From NCBI GenBank assembly GCA_041653955.1, contig JBAZEH010000003.1, forward strand, positions 6,558-70,557: DNA of 64,000 nucleotides. Reading direction: 5' to 3'. The position numbers were made by a program, and so were the translations under genes. This document shows, one piece after another, positions 8,550 through 18,419 of this stretch (position 1 is the first letter of the stretch; every line of letters begins with the position of its first letter). The stretch comes from Candidatus Omnitrophota bacterium. GTDB lineage: Bacteria > Omnitrophota > Gorgyraeia > Gygaellales > Profunditerraquicolaceae. The notes under the pieces are model-generated. The model was not told the DNA's origin, searched no databases, and saw nothing but the letters and a program-made list of their open reading frames with translations.

Positions 8550-9181
8550 TGAGGATCTCTTTGAAGGGCAAGCGAGTTTTGATAACTGCCGGACCGACCT
8601 GGGTCCCCATAGACCCGGTGAGGGTTATCAGTAATACGGCAACCGGAGAGACCGGCACCCTTTTGGCGCAAATCTGCAGGAGGTCCGGAGCCAATGTTAC
8701 GCTTTTGCTGGGGCCTGCCGCGGCATCCTGCCCGGACAGTAAAGTTAAGGTAATACGTTTTACGTTCTTTAACGAACTCAGGAGTATCTTGTTTAGAGAG
8801 CTCGCTTCTCATAAGTATCAGTTCCTGATACACGCGGCAGCAGTCTCGGATTATGGGCCTCAAAAATTATCCGGGAAAAAGATAGTTTCCGGGATAAAAA
8901 GACTGGACCTTAAGCTTAAGCCTACGCCTAAGCTAATAGACGCGGTAAAAAAGATAAGTAAAGGCGTATATCTCGTAGGGTTTAAATTTGAACCGGATGC
9001 CGCCGGGGGCACGTTAATAAAAAAGGCCAGGGATATGATGCATAGGTCTTGCGCTGATATAGTGGTTGCCAATACAGTCCGCGGGAACCGTTATCAGGCG
9101 TATATAGTAGGGGAAGAGGCTGTTGAAGGCCCAATCAAAAATAAAAGAAGATTGGCGGAAAGGTTGATCAAAAGATTATGA
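8546..9181 (+). CDS. coaB: phosphopantothenate--cysteine ligase, standalone CoaB domain (no CoaC)
   Basis: [29 protein letters not shown] matches the [25 protein letters not shown] CoaB signature of bifunctional Dfp; only 211 aa. Confidence 0.8.
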   Translation: MMRISLKGKRVLITAGPTWVPIDPVRVISNTATGETGTLLAQICRRSGANVTLLLGPAAASCPDSKVKVIRFTFFNELRSILFRELASHKYQFLIHAAAVSDYGPQKLSGKKIVSGIKRLDLKLKPTPKLIDAVKKISKGVYLVGFKFEPDAAGGTLIKKARDMMHRSCADIVVANTVRGNRYQAYIVGEEAVEGPIKNKRRLAERLIKRL

Positions 9182-10383
9182 AATATATAGTCGTTGTTGG
9201 AGATGGGATGGCGGATTATCCGCTTAAGGAGCTGGATGGCCGCACGCCTTTAGAAGTTGCGCGCACTCCCAATATGGATTTTATAGCCAGGCACGGGAGG
9301 CTCGGACGGGTCAAAACCATACCAAAAGGCCTGTCGCCGGCTTCGGATGTGGCTAATATATCCATTCTGGGTTATGACCCCAAAAAATATTATTCGGGAA
9401 GGGGGCCCCTTGAAGCGGCTAATTTAGGGGTTAAGCTTCAGGAAGGGGATGTGGCGTTCCGCTGTAACCTGATTACCGCGGGCAATGATAAGCTTGTTGA
9501 TTATAGCGCCGGGCATATAAGTTCTAATGAAGCGGAGATATTGATAAAGTCCCTTGATCAGAAGATAGGCTCGGAACGTATAAAATTTTATCCCGGGGTA
9601 AGTTACAGGCATCTTATGGTAGTCAAGGGGGGCGCGGCGGAGCGCTTGCAGGGCCTCAAGTGCGTCCCTCCTCACGATATCAGCGGGCAGAGTATATCCA
9701 GGAATTTACCCAAAGGTAAAGGCGCGGATATTATAATAAAACTTATGGAGGATTCGCGCAAGGCCCTTGGGAGCCACGAGATAAACCTTGTGAGGATAGA
9801 CCTGAAGGAGAACCCGGGGAATATGATATGGTTATGGGGGCAGGGTATGGATTTAAAGATGCCCAAGTTCCAGGAAAAATACGGCCTTTCAGGCAGCGTA
9901 ATATCGGCGGTAGACCTTATAAAGGGGCTGGGGAAGATATTAGGGTTAGACGTGATAAAGGTTTGTGGGGCTACCGGTTATTATGATACTGATTATGAGG
10001 GGAAAATGAGGGCGGCATTGAAGTCCCTTGAGAAGAAAGATTTTGTTTTTTTGCATGTTGAGGCGCCTGATGAGGCGAGCCATAACGGAGACTTGAGAGA
10101 GAAGATCACCGCTATAGAGAGGCTTGACCAGTTAGTTGTGGGGGGGGTATTAAAGGGGCTCAAGCGCAGCAAGAATTTTCGTATCCTGGTTTTACCTGAC
10201 CATGCTACCCCGATCTCTCTTAAAACCCATGCTTCCGATCCGGTACCTTTCGGCGTATTTGGCAAGGGTATAGTCGGCAGGGGGTTTCTTAATTACAGCG
10301 AGAAGGAGTCCGTGAAGTCCGATCTTTATTTTGAGAATGGTTTTGAATTGATGAATTATTTCATCAGCGTTTCCGAGGAGTAA
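9178..10383 (+). CDS. apgM: 2,3-bisphosphoglycerate-independent phosphoglycerate mutase, archaeal-type (ApgM family)
   Basis: [34 protein letters not shown]... typical ApgM N-terminus and metalloenzyme core. Confidence 0.85.
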   Translation: MKYIVVVGDGMADYPLKELDGRTPLEVARTPNMDFIARHGRLGRVKTIPKGLSPASDVANISILGYDPKKYYSGRGPLEAANLGVKLQEGDVAFRCNLITAGNDKLVDYSAGHISSNEAEILIKSLDQKIGSERIKFYPGVSYRHLMVVKGGAAERLQGLKCVPPHDISGQSISRNLPKGKGADIIIKLMEDSRKALGSHEINLVRIDLKENPGNMIWLWGQGMDLKMPKFQEKYGLSGSVISAVDLIKGLGKILGLDVIKVCGATGYYDTDYEGKMRAALKSLEKKDFVFLHVEAPDEASHNGDLREKITAIERLDQLVVGGVLKGLKRSKNFRILVLPDHATPISLKTHASDPVPFGVFGKGIVGRGFLNYSEKESVKSDLYFENGFELMNYFISVSEE

Positions 10384-10388
10384 GGCGC

Positions 10389-11978
10389 TTGAATTCGTTA
10401 ATCATTGTTTTTGCCGCGGCACTGTTGTTTTTTCTTGCCTACAGGTTTTACGCGCGCAAGATAGAATCGCTGTGGCATATAGACCCTCACCGTTCTACAC
10501 CGGCCTATTCTAAATATGACAGTGTGGATTATATCCCGGCAAAGAACTGGCTGGTATTATTCGGGCATCATTTCGCTTCCATATCGGGGGCAGGCCCGAT
10601 CATAGGCCCGGTGATCGCAGTAATGCTCTGGGGGTGGCTGCCAGCGCTGCTGTGGGTTGTAATAGGGACTATATTCATCGGCGGGGTGCATGATTTCGGA
10701 TCTTTGATAACCTCGATAAGAGAGGGCGGCTCATCCGTGCCTGATATCGCGGAACACGTTATTTCAAGGCGCGCCAAGATATTGTTTGCCGTTTTTGTCT
10801 GGCTCACCCTGATCCTCATTATAGCGGTTTTTGCTTACCTGTCCGCCCAGACTTTCATAAAGGAGCCCAGGGTGGTTCTGCCGTCATTGGGGCTTATACC
10901 CGTAGCGATAGCGGCCGGGTATCTTCTTTATAATTTAAGGATGAATTCCCTGATCGTTACTATTATAGGGCTTGCTTTTTTGGCCGGTTTGATATATATG
11001 GGGAACTTCTGGTCTTTGAATATCGGCATTAACGGGTGGCTGCTGGTTTTATTTGTATACAGCTATTTTGCTTCTATTCTGCCTGTAAACGTTCTTTTGC
11101 AGCCCAGGGATTACCTTTCCAGTTTTTTGTTATTCTTCGGTGCGGGGGCAGGTTATATGGGCCTGTTATTATCGCGGCCCGTGATAAATATGCCGTATTA
11201 CCGCCAGTGGAGTACAAGCGAGGGGTATCTGTGGCCCATGCTTTTCGTGACTGTTGCCTGTGGGGCGGTATCGGGGTTTCATTCGTTGATAGCAAGCGGC
11301 ACTTCATCTAAACAGATAGCCAATGAACGCCACGCCAAAAGGATCGGTTACGGGGGGATGGTCACTGAAGCGGTAGTAGCGATATTGGCGATAATCTGCG
11401 CCGCGATACTTTTTAACGGCCGGGAGGACACCGCGGCGCTGTTGAAAGCCGTGAATCCCATAGATATATTCGGCAGAGGTTACGGGATGATCACGCAGGG
11501 GGTGCTGGGAGGTTATGGCAAGGCTATTGCCATAATCATATTGAACGCTTTTATATTGACTACCCTGGATACCGCGGCCAGGATATCGCGTTATCTTACC
11601 GAAGAGTTATTCGGGATCAGGAACCGTTATCTTTCTACGGGGTTGGTCGTAGGGTTAGGGGCTGCGTTGGCATTCAGCGGCAAATGGGCCAAGATATGGT
11701 TGACATTCGGCGCCTCCAATCAGTTAGTGGCGGCCTTGGCTTTATTCGTTTTGAGTTGCTGGCTCTTATCTAAGAAAAAGAGCGTTAAATTCACGCTCAT
11801 ACCGGCAATTTTCATGCTGGCTACCAGTACCGCGGCGCTGGCATCCCAGGCCTTGAGGTATTTTATTAAGAAGGATATACCGCTTTTTATTATAACGGCG
11901 CTCCTTATTCTTTTAGCAGGTTTTATGGCTTATGAGGTGACGCAGGCTATATTCTTTAGGAGAAAAAAATATGCATAA
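10389..11978 (+). CDS. cstA: carbon starvation protein A (peptide/pyruvate transporter family)
   Basis: Multi-TM protein with HFASISGAGPIIGPVIA and GGVHDFGSL CstA motifs; TTG start. Confidence 0.85.
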   Translation: MNSLIIVFAAALLFFLAYRFYARKIESLWHIDPHRSTPAYSKYDSVDYIPAKNWLVLFGHHFASISGAGPIIGPVIAVMLWGWLPALLWVVIGTIFIGGVHDFGSLITSIREGGSSVPDIAEHVISRRAKILFAVFVWLTLILIIAVFAYLSAQTFIKEPRVVLPSLGLIPVAIAAGYLLYNLRMNSLIVTIIGLAFLAGLIYMGNFWSLNIGINGWLLVLFVYSYFASILPVNVLLQPRDYLSSFLLFFGAGAGYMGLLLSRPVINMPYYRQWSTSEGYLWPMLFVTVACGAVSGFHSLIASGTSSKQIANERHAKRIGYGGMVTEAVVAILAIICAAILFNGREDTAALLKAVNPIDIFGRGYGMITQGVLGGYGKAIAIIILNAFILTTLDTAARISRYLTEELFGIRNRYLSTGLVVGLGAALAFSGKWAKIWLTFGASNQLVAALALFVLSCWLLSKKKSVKFTLIPAIFMLATSTAALASQALRYFIKKDIPLFIITALLILLAGFMAYEVTQAIFFRRKKYA

Positions 11979-13191
11979 GGGATTGGTCGTTCAAAAATTC
12001 GGCGGTTCGTCGGTTGCAAATGTAGAACGTATCCAGGAAGTTGCACGCCGCGTAGTAAGTTACCGTAAGAAAGGTTATGACCTGGTAGTGGTGGTTTCCG
12101 CGCTTGGTGATACTACAGATGAACTGGTAGAACTCGCCGGACAGATCACCCATGAGGCATCAGAGCGCGAAATGGATATGCTCCTTTCTACGGGAGAACA
12201 GATATCCGTGGCATTGCTGGCAATGGCGATACATAAACTGGGTTTTGAGGCGATATCCTTTACTGGAGCGCAAGTCGGGATAATCACCGATACCAGCCAC
12301 ACCCGCGCGCGTATCATAAAGATAAACGCGGATAAGATAAAAGAAGAGCTAAAACTCAACAAGATAGTTATAGTCGCTGGTTTTCAGGGGGTTACGCTGA
12401 ACCATGATATTACCACTCTAGGGAGGGGAGGTTCAGACCTTACCGCTGTTGCGCTGGCCAAGGAGCTTTCGGCGCGCGAATGCGAGATCTATACCGATGT
12501 TGAGGGTATATACAGCGCAGATCCGCGCGTAGAGCCGAAGGCAAAGAAGATAAAGGCGATCACTTATGACGAGATGCTTGAGATGGCGTCCCTTGGGGCG
12601 CAGGTTATGCAGGCGCGCTCCATAGAGGTGGCCAAAAAATTCAACGTAGATATTCATGTGCGTTCCAGCTTTAACGATCAACCCGGGACGATCATTACCA
12701 AGGAGGTCAATAAAATGGAAGAGGTGGTTGTAAGCGGCATAACATTGAATAAGAATGAAGCTAAGATCACGATATGCAATGTTCCTGACCGCCCGGGTAT
12801 CGCGGCAAAAATATTCAAACAGCTGGCCGAAAAGGGGATAAGTGTTGATACGATAGTCCAGAATGTCAGCCATACGCGCCAGACAGATATATCGTTTACC
12901 GTTAATAAAGCGGATACCAATAAGACCGTGAAGCTTGCCAGGAAGATCGCCGCGAGTATCGGCTCAGGAGAGGTATTGCAGGATGAGGGAGTTGCCAGGA
13001 TCTCAATAGTAGGCGTAGGGATGAAATCGCATCCGGGCGTGGCGGCGACCATGTTTGATTCTTTAGCGCGCAATAAGATCAATATTGAAATGATCTCTAC
13101 TTCAGAGATCAGCATTTCGTGTATTATAGAAAAGAAGTTCGCCGAAAAAGCGGTCAAGGCACTGCACGCTAAATTCGGCCTGTCTAAATAG
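11971..13191 (+). CDS. lysC: aspartate kinase
   Basis: VQKFGGSSVANVERI... kinase N-terminus plus two C-terminal ACT domains. Confidence 0.9.
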   Translation: MHKGLVVQKFGGSSVANVERIQEVARRVVSYRKKGYDLVVVVSALGDTTDELVELAGQITHEASEREMDMLLSTGEQISVALLAMAIHKLGFEAISFTGAQVGIITDTSHTRARIIKINADKIKEELKLNKIVIVAGFQGVTLNHDITTLGRGGSDLTAVALAKELSARECEIYTDVEGIYSADPRVEPKAKKIKAITYDEMLEMASLGAQVMQARSIEVAKKFNVDIHVRSSFNDQPGTIITKEVNKMEEVVVSGITLNKNEAKITICNVPDRPGIAAKIFKQLAEKGISVDTIVQNVSHTRQTDISFTVNKADTNKTVKLARKIAASIGSGEVLQDEGVARISIVGVGMKSHPGVAATMFDSLARNKINIEMISTSEISISCIIEKKFAEKAVKALHAKFGLSK

Positions 13192-13248
13192 GGACACCCT
13201 TTTTGCCAATCGAGGGACACCCCTTCTGCTAAAGCTAAGGGTGTCCCC
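13191..13248 (+). repeat. palindromic intergenic repeat, family GGGACACCC-N-GGGTGTCCC (copy A: two GGGACACCC(C) half-sites plus GGGTGTCCCC)
   Basis: GGGACACCCtttttgccaatcgaGGGACACCCCttctgctaaagctaaGGGTGTCCCC; same arms and same loop sequences recur at 20374-20489 and 53568-53602. Confidence 0.8.
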
Positions 13249-13267
13249 AAGAGAGAAAGAAGGAGAG

Positions 13268-14836
13268 ATGTCAAAAGTAAAACTTTACGATACGACTTTA
13301 CGCGATGGTTCGCAAGGGGAGGGTATATCTTATTCGGTGATGGATAAGCTGAATATCGCCCGTGAATTAGACGATCTCGGTATACACTATATCGAAGGAG
13401 GGTGGCCGGGCTCAAATCCAAAGGATATGGAATTTTTTCTGAAGATGAGCAAGAAACGGCTGAAAAGCAGCGAGCTCGTCGCGTTCGGCTCTACGCGCAA
13501 GGCGAACATTAAAGCGGAGAAGGACCATAACCTTAAGGCGATAATAAAATCAAAAAGCCGGACCGTGACAGTATTTGGCAAAACCTGGGACCTGCATATC
13601 AGGGATGTCCTGAAGACCACCCTGGATGAGAATTTGAATATGATCAGAGATACCGTGAGTTTCCTTGCGGCGCGGGGTATTACCGTATTCTATGATGCCG
13701 AGCATTTTTTTGACGCGTATAAGGCTAACAAAGAATACAGCCTGCGCTGTTTGCTGGCCGCGCAGGATGCCGGGGCAAAGGCGATAATCCCGTGCGATAC
13801 TAATGGAGGAATGATCACATCGGAAATAACAAAGGTCATCAGCGATATCAGGCCCCGCATCAATGTATGGCTGGGTATCCATTGCCATAATGACGCTGAC
13901 CTGGCCGTCGCGAATTCCATAGCCGCGGTAGAGGCAGGAGCCGATATGGTGCATGGCACGATTAACGGTTACGGCGAGCGTTGTGGTAACGCGGACCTGA
14001 TCCCGATCATAGCTAATCTTAAACTCAAGATGGGGGTTGATTGCATCAGCGACGATAAGTTAAAAGAACTTACGCGCGTTTCGCATTTCGTGAGTGAAGT
14101 AAGTAATATGAAACAGAGGAGTGACCAGCCCTATACTGGTTTATCCGCTTTCGCGCATAAGGCCGGTGTGCATATAAACGCAATAATGAAGAATACAAAG
14201 ACCTACGAGCATATTGACCCTTCCGTAGTGGGTAATCACCGCAGGATGCTGGTTTCAGAGCTGGCGGGGAAGACCGGCATGCTGATCCGGGCAAAGGAGC
14301 TGGAGCTGGACCTGGGCAAAGAGGACCCCAAGACCAAAAAGATCCTTAACCTCGTGCAGGCATTAGAGCATAAAGGGTATCATTTTGAGGCAGCCGAGGC
14401 CTCTTTTGAGTTGTTATTAAAGAAGGCGCTTAAGAAATACAAAAAATTCTTTGAACTTGAGGGTTTCAAAGTAGTCATAGAGAAACGTTCTGATAAGAAG
14501 ATCGTCTCTGAGGCGGTCATTAAATTGAAGGTAAAGGGGATTAAAGAACATACTGCCGCAGAGGGTGATGGCCCGGTGAACGCACTGGATAACGCGCTGC
14601 GCAAGGCCCTTAAGGATTTTTATCCATCCTTGTCAAAGATGCACCTTTCCGATTTTAAAGTGCGCGTGCTGGATGAAAAAGTAGGCACGGCCGCGAAGGT
14701 AAGGGTGCTTATCCAGTCGCAGGATGAAAATGATACATGGAGCACTATCGGTGTTTCGGGGAATATCATTGAGGCGAGCTGGCAGGCCCTCGTTGATTCC
14801 GTAGAATATAAACTCATAAAAGATAAAGTCAGCTAA
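13268..14836 (+). CDS. citramalate synthase / 2-isopropylmalate synthase family (CimA-like)
   Basis: MSKVKLYDTTLRDGSQGEGISYS... DRE-TIM aldolase N-terminus and LeuA-type C-terminal regulatory domain. ATG 13268 with GAAGGAGAG SD preferred over the GTG 13241 of the ORF track. Confidence 0.75.
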   Translation: MSKVKLYDTTLRDGSQGEGISYSVMDKLNIARELDDLGIHYIEGGWPGSNPKDMEFFLKMSKKRLKSSELVAFGSTRKANIKAEKDHNLKAIIKSKSRTVTVFGKTWDLHIRDVLKTTLDENLNMIRDTVSFLAARGITVFYDAEHFFDAYKANKEYSLRCLLAAQDAGAKAIIPCDTNGGMITSEITKVISDIRPRINVWLGIHCHNDADLAVANSIAAVEAGADMVHGTINGYGERCGNADLIPIIANLKLKMGVDCISDDKLKELTRVSHFVSEVSNMKQRSDQPYTGLSAFAHKAGVHINAIMKNTKTYEHIDPSVVGNHRRMLVSELAGKTGMLIRAKELELDLGKEDPKTKKILNLVQALEHKGYHFEAAEASFELLLKKALKKYKKFFELEGFKVVIEKRSDKKIVSEAVIKLKVKGIKEHTAAEGDGPVNALDNALRKALKDFYPSLSKMHLSDFKVRVLDEKVGTAAKVRVLIQSQDENDTWSTIGVSGNIIEASWQALVDSVEYKLIKDKVS

Positions 14837-14847
14837 ATAATCTTCTA

Positions 14848-17568
14848 ATGACCGATATCCCAACCCGTTATAGCCCCAAAGATACCGAGGATAAATGGTA
14901 TAAAACATGGGAAGAGAATAGTTTATTTTCCGCTAAAGCAGACCCTGCTAAAAAACCATTCTGTATAGTCATACCTCCTCCGAACGTTACCGGTATACTC
15001 CATATGGGCCACGCCTTAAACGATACTATCCAGGATATCCTTATACGTTATCACCGGATGAAGGGCGAGGAGTCCCTTTGGATGCCGGGGACAGACCACG
15101 CCGGGATAGCGACGCAGAATGTCGTAGAGAAATCCATAGCCAAAGAAGGGCTAAAACGCCAGGACTTAGGCAGAGAGAAATTCATTGAAAAAGTGTGGGA
15201 ATGGAAGGAGCAGTACGGCTCCACTATTATCCGTCAGTTAAAAAAAATAGGCGCTTCCTGCGATTGGCAGAGGGAGCGCTTTACGATGGATGAAGAATAT
15301 TCTAAATCCGTAGTAGAGGTTTTTACCCGGCTTTATGAAAAAGGGCTTATTTATAAGGGGAGTTATATTATAAATTGGTGCCCGCGCTGCCAGACGGCCC
15401 TTGCCGATGAAGAGGCCCCGCATCATGATCTGCAGGGGAACCTTTATTATTTGCGGTATCCTATTAAGGGCCAGTCCCCTAAGCACAACTCTGAAGGAAA
15501 CCTTTCGGGGGCAGACCCTTATATTGTAGTTGCTACTACCCGCCCGGAAACTATGCTCGGAGATACGGCGGTCGCGGTGAACCCTAAAGATAAAAGGTAT
15601 AAGAAACTTATCGGCGAGACACTGATCCTGCCTTTGGCCAACAGGCAGATAAAGGTGATCGCAGATAGTATGGTAGATATGAAGTTCGGTACCGGAGCGG
15701 TAAAGGTGACTCCCGCGCATGACCCGAATGACTACGCCTTAGGCAAAAAGCATAACCTTGAATTTATAAATGTTATGCGGCCGGATGGTTTTATGAATAA
15801 AAATGCCGGAGATTATAACGGGATGGACAGGTTTGAGGCGAGGGAAGTTATACTCGAGGACCTGAAAGAAAAAGGCTTGTTGGAGAAAATAGAGCCGCAT
15901 GGATTATCCGCGGGGCACTGTTATCGCTGCCACACTATTATTGAGCCCTATTTATCCGAACAGTGGTTTGTAAAGATGAAGCCGCTGGCTAAACCGGCCA
16001 TAGAGGCAGTTAAGAAAGGCAGGATAAAATTTCATCCGAAGCGCTGGACAAAGGTGTATTTGAATTGGATGGAGAATATCCAGGATTGGTGCATATCCCG
16101 CCAGATATGGTGGGGTCATCGTATCCCGGTTTATTATTGTAAAGATTGTCAAAAGAAGTGCCAGTCCCCTTCGGGGAGATACCCTGTTAAGGACAGCGTA
16201 ATCGTCTCTAAGATCAGGCCCGAAAAATGCCCTAAGTGCGGCTCAAGCGATATATATCAGGATGAAGATGTGCTGGATACCTGGTTTTCGTCGTGGTTAT
16301 GGCCGTTTGCTACCTTTTATTGGCCTGATAAACCGCGCAGCGAGAATGAGCTGAAATATTTTTATCCCACATCAGCCCTGGTGACCGCTCCTGAAATAAT
16401 CTTCTTCTGGGTTGCGCGTATGATCATGGCCGGTTTTGAATTTATGGGCGATATCCCTTTTAAGGATGTCTATATCCATGGGACAGTGCGGGATATAGAA
16501 GGCAAGAAGATGTCCAAGTCCCTGGGCAATATAATTGACCCTCTTGATATCATAAACGAGTATGGGGCGGACGCGCTGCGTTTCAGCCTTATATCCATAA
16601 CCGCGCAGGGGCAGGATGTCTTCCTTTCACAGGAAAGGTTCGAGCAGGGGAGGAATTTCGCGAATAAGATATGGAACGCATCAAGGTTCGTGCTGATAAA
16701 CCTTGACCATTCTAAGGTGAATACGGACCTGTGCGTATTTTTCAAAAAAGAGGACCTGGATATAGTTAATCGCTGGATATTGAGCAGGTTTTACTCTACG
16801 CTAAAGGAGGCCGGCAAAAAACTGGACCTTTATAAATTTAATGAAGCCGCTAACCTGCTTTATGGGTTTTTCTGGCATGAATTCTGCGACTGGTATCTGG
16901 AGATAATCAAGCCCGATATAAATAAGACGCATAATCAGGTCGTCATGTATAAGGTGTTGGAGAAGTTCTTAAGGATATTGCATCCATTTATGCCTTTTAT
17001 AAGCGAGGAGTTGTGGCATAAACTTGATGAGAATAAAGGCTCCATAATGCTTGAACCCTGGCCCCATCTGCAGGAACCGCTGATAGATAAAAAAACGGAG
17101 TTAAAGATGGATTCGGTATTTGAAGCGATAACTGCTATAAGGATGATGCGTTCGGAATTGAAGATCCAGCCTCAGAACAAGATCAATGCAGAGATATTTG
17201 TAAAGAGCAAGTCCAGGAAAGAGCTTATCTCTTCAATGCTGCCGCTGATCACAGGCATGTCTAAGCTCCAGGGGCTTAGCCTTAAAGAAGATTACGCCCC
17301 GCTTAAAACCCAGTACGTGAAGATACTCAGGGATATGACCATAGTTATCCCGCTTTCGGGCATAGTAGATGTGGACAAATTGAAGAAAGACAAAGAAGAA
17401 GAGATAAAAAAAGTAGAGTCAGATATAAAGGCCAAGAAGAACATCCTTTCTAATGAGAATTTTGTGAAGAGGGCCCCCGGGGAGATAGTAGAGAAGGAAG
17501 AATTAAAACTGGAAGAGCTCAAAAAAACATTAACAGAACTGAAAGGAATAAGAGATGGGCTTAAATAA
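14848..17568 (+). CDS. valS: valine--tRNA ligase
   Basis: HMGH (HIGH-class) motif, KMSKS as KMSKSLGN, C-terminal coiled coil; 906 aa. Confidence 0.95.
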   Translation: MTDIPTRYSPKDTEDKWYKTWEENSLFSAKADPAKKPFCIVIPPPNVTGILHMGHALNDTIQDILIRYHRMKGEESLWMPGTDHAGIATQNVVEKSIAKEGLKRQDLGREKFIEKVWEWKEQYGSTIIRQLKKIGASCDWQRERFTMDEEYSKSVVEVFTRLYEKGLIYKGSYIINWCPRCQTALADEEAPHHDLQGNLYYLRYPIKGQSPKHNSEGNLSGADPYIVVATTRPETMLGDTAVAVNPKDKRYKKLIGETLILPLANRQIKVIADSMVDMKFGTGAVKVTPAHDPNDYALGKKHNLEFINVMRPDGFMNKNAGDYNGMDRFEAREVILEDLKEKGLLEKIEPHGLSAGHCYRCHTIIEPYLSEQWFVKMKPLAKPAIEAVKKGRIKFHPKRWTKVYLNWMENIQDWCISRQIWWGHRIPVYYCKDCQKKCQSPSGRYPVKDSVIVSKIRPEKCPKCGSSDIYQDEDVLDTWFSSWLWPFATFYWPDKPRSENELKYFYPTSALVTAPEIIFFWVARMIMAGFEFMGDIPFKDVYIHGTVRDIEGKKMSKSLGNIIDPLDIINEYGADALRFSLISITAQGQDVFLSQERFEQGRNFANKIWNASRFVLINLDHSKVNTDLCVFFKKEDLDIVNRWILSRFYSTLKEAGKKLDLYKFNEAANLLYGFFWHEFCDWYLEIIKPDINKTHNQVVMYKVLEKFLRILHPFMPFISEELWHKLDENKGSIMLEPWPHLQEPLIDKKTELKMDSVFEAITAIRMMRSELKIQPQNKINAEIFVKSKSRKELISSMLPLITGMSKLQGLSLKEDYAPLKTQYVKILRDMTIVIPLSGIVDVDKLKKDKEEEIKKVESDIKAKKNILSNENFVKRAPGEIVEKEELKLEELKKTLTELKGIRDGLK

Positions 17569-18415
17569 AGAGTTGGATACCGCGAAGATAGACGCTATCA
17601 TACGCCACGCCTTGATCGAAGATATCGGAAAGGGCGACATAACGACGCAGCTCACCATCCCTAAAGACAAGAAGATCGAAGCAGATATAGTGGTGCAGGA
17701 GGATTGCATAGTTTGCGGGGTAAAGGTCGCTGAGAGGGTATTTGAAATAAGCGATAAGGATATAAGTTTCAAGGCTGTTGCCAGGGAGGGGTATCCGGTT
17801 AAAAAAGGCAGGGCGATCGCCAGGATAGGTGGCCCCGCGGGAAGTATCCTCACGGCGGAGAGGGTCGCCCTTAACCTGATGAGCATGCTCTCGGGGATAG
17901 CCACTAAAACAAGAGAGTATGTAAAAGAGATAGAACCTTACAAAGTAAAGATCACCGACACCCGCAAGACAATGCCCGGGCTAAGAGAGTTGCAGAAGTA
18001 CGCGGTCAGGGTCGGGGGCGGGCATAACCACAGGATGGGGCTTGATGAGATGGTTTTGATAAAAGATAACCATATAAAGGTCACCGAAGGCTATACAAAA
18101 CTTCCTAGTATCCCCAAGGGCTTTAAGATCGAGATAGAAACGCAGAACCTTAATGAGTTTAAGCATGCCCTGAAGTTCAAGCCGGATGTGATCATGCTGG
18201 ATAATATGGATTTAAAAGATATAAAACAGGCAGTTAAGATAAGGAATAATACTGAATTTTCTACCAGCCACCATCCGCCTACCAAATTAGAGGCTTCGGG
18301 GGGGATAGACATAAAGAACGTAAGGAGGGTAGCAGCCGCAGGCGTAGATATGATCTCTATAGGCGAGCTGACTCATTCCTTCGCCTCTATTGATATAAAC
18401 TTGGATATACTATAA
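17555..18415 (+). CDS. nadC: nicotinate-nucleotide pyrophosphorylase (quinolinate phosphoribosyltransferase)
   Basis: Typical QPRTase fold motifs ([14 protein letters not shown]). Confidence 0.85.
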   Translation: MGLNKELDTAKIDAIIRHALIEDIGKGDITTQLTIPKDKKIEADIVVQEDCIVCGVKVAERVFEISDKDISFKAVAREGYPVKKGRAIARIGGPAGSILTAERVALNLMSMLSGIATKTREYVKEIEPYKVKITDTRKTMPGLRELQKYAVRVGGGHNHRMGLDEMVLIKDNHIKVTEGYTKLPSIPKGFKIEIETQNLNEFKHALKFKPDVIMLDNMDLKDIKQAVKIRNNTEFSTSHHPPTKLEASGGIDIKNVRRVAAAGVDMISIGELTHSFASIDINLDIL

Positions 18416-18419
18416 ATTA

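Noticed and set aside
13241-13267. GTG start at 13241 for the cimA-like gene (ORF track)
   Set aside because: The extra 9 codons lie inside the palindromic repeat; ATG 13268 has a GAAGGAGAG SD and gives the canonical MSKVKLYDTTLRDG start.
12678-13421. 247-aa minus-strand ORF overlapping lysC 3' end and the cimA-like start
   Set aside because: Antisense to two well-supported genes and spans the palindromic repeat; no domain features.
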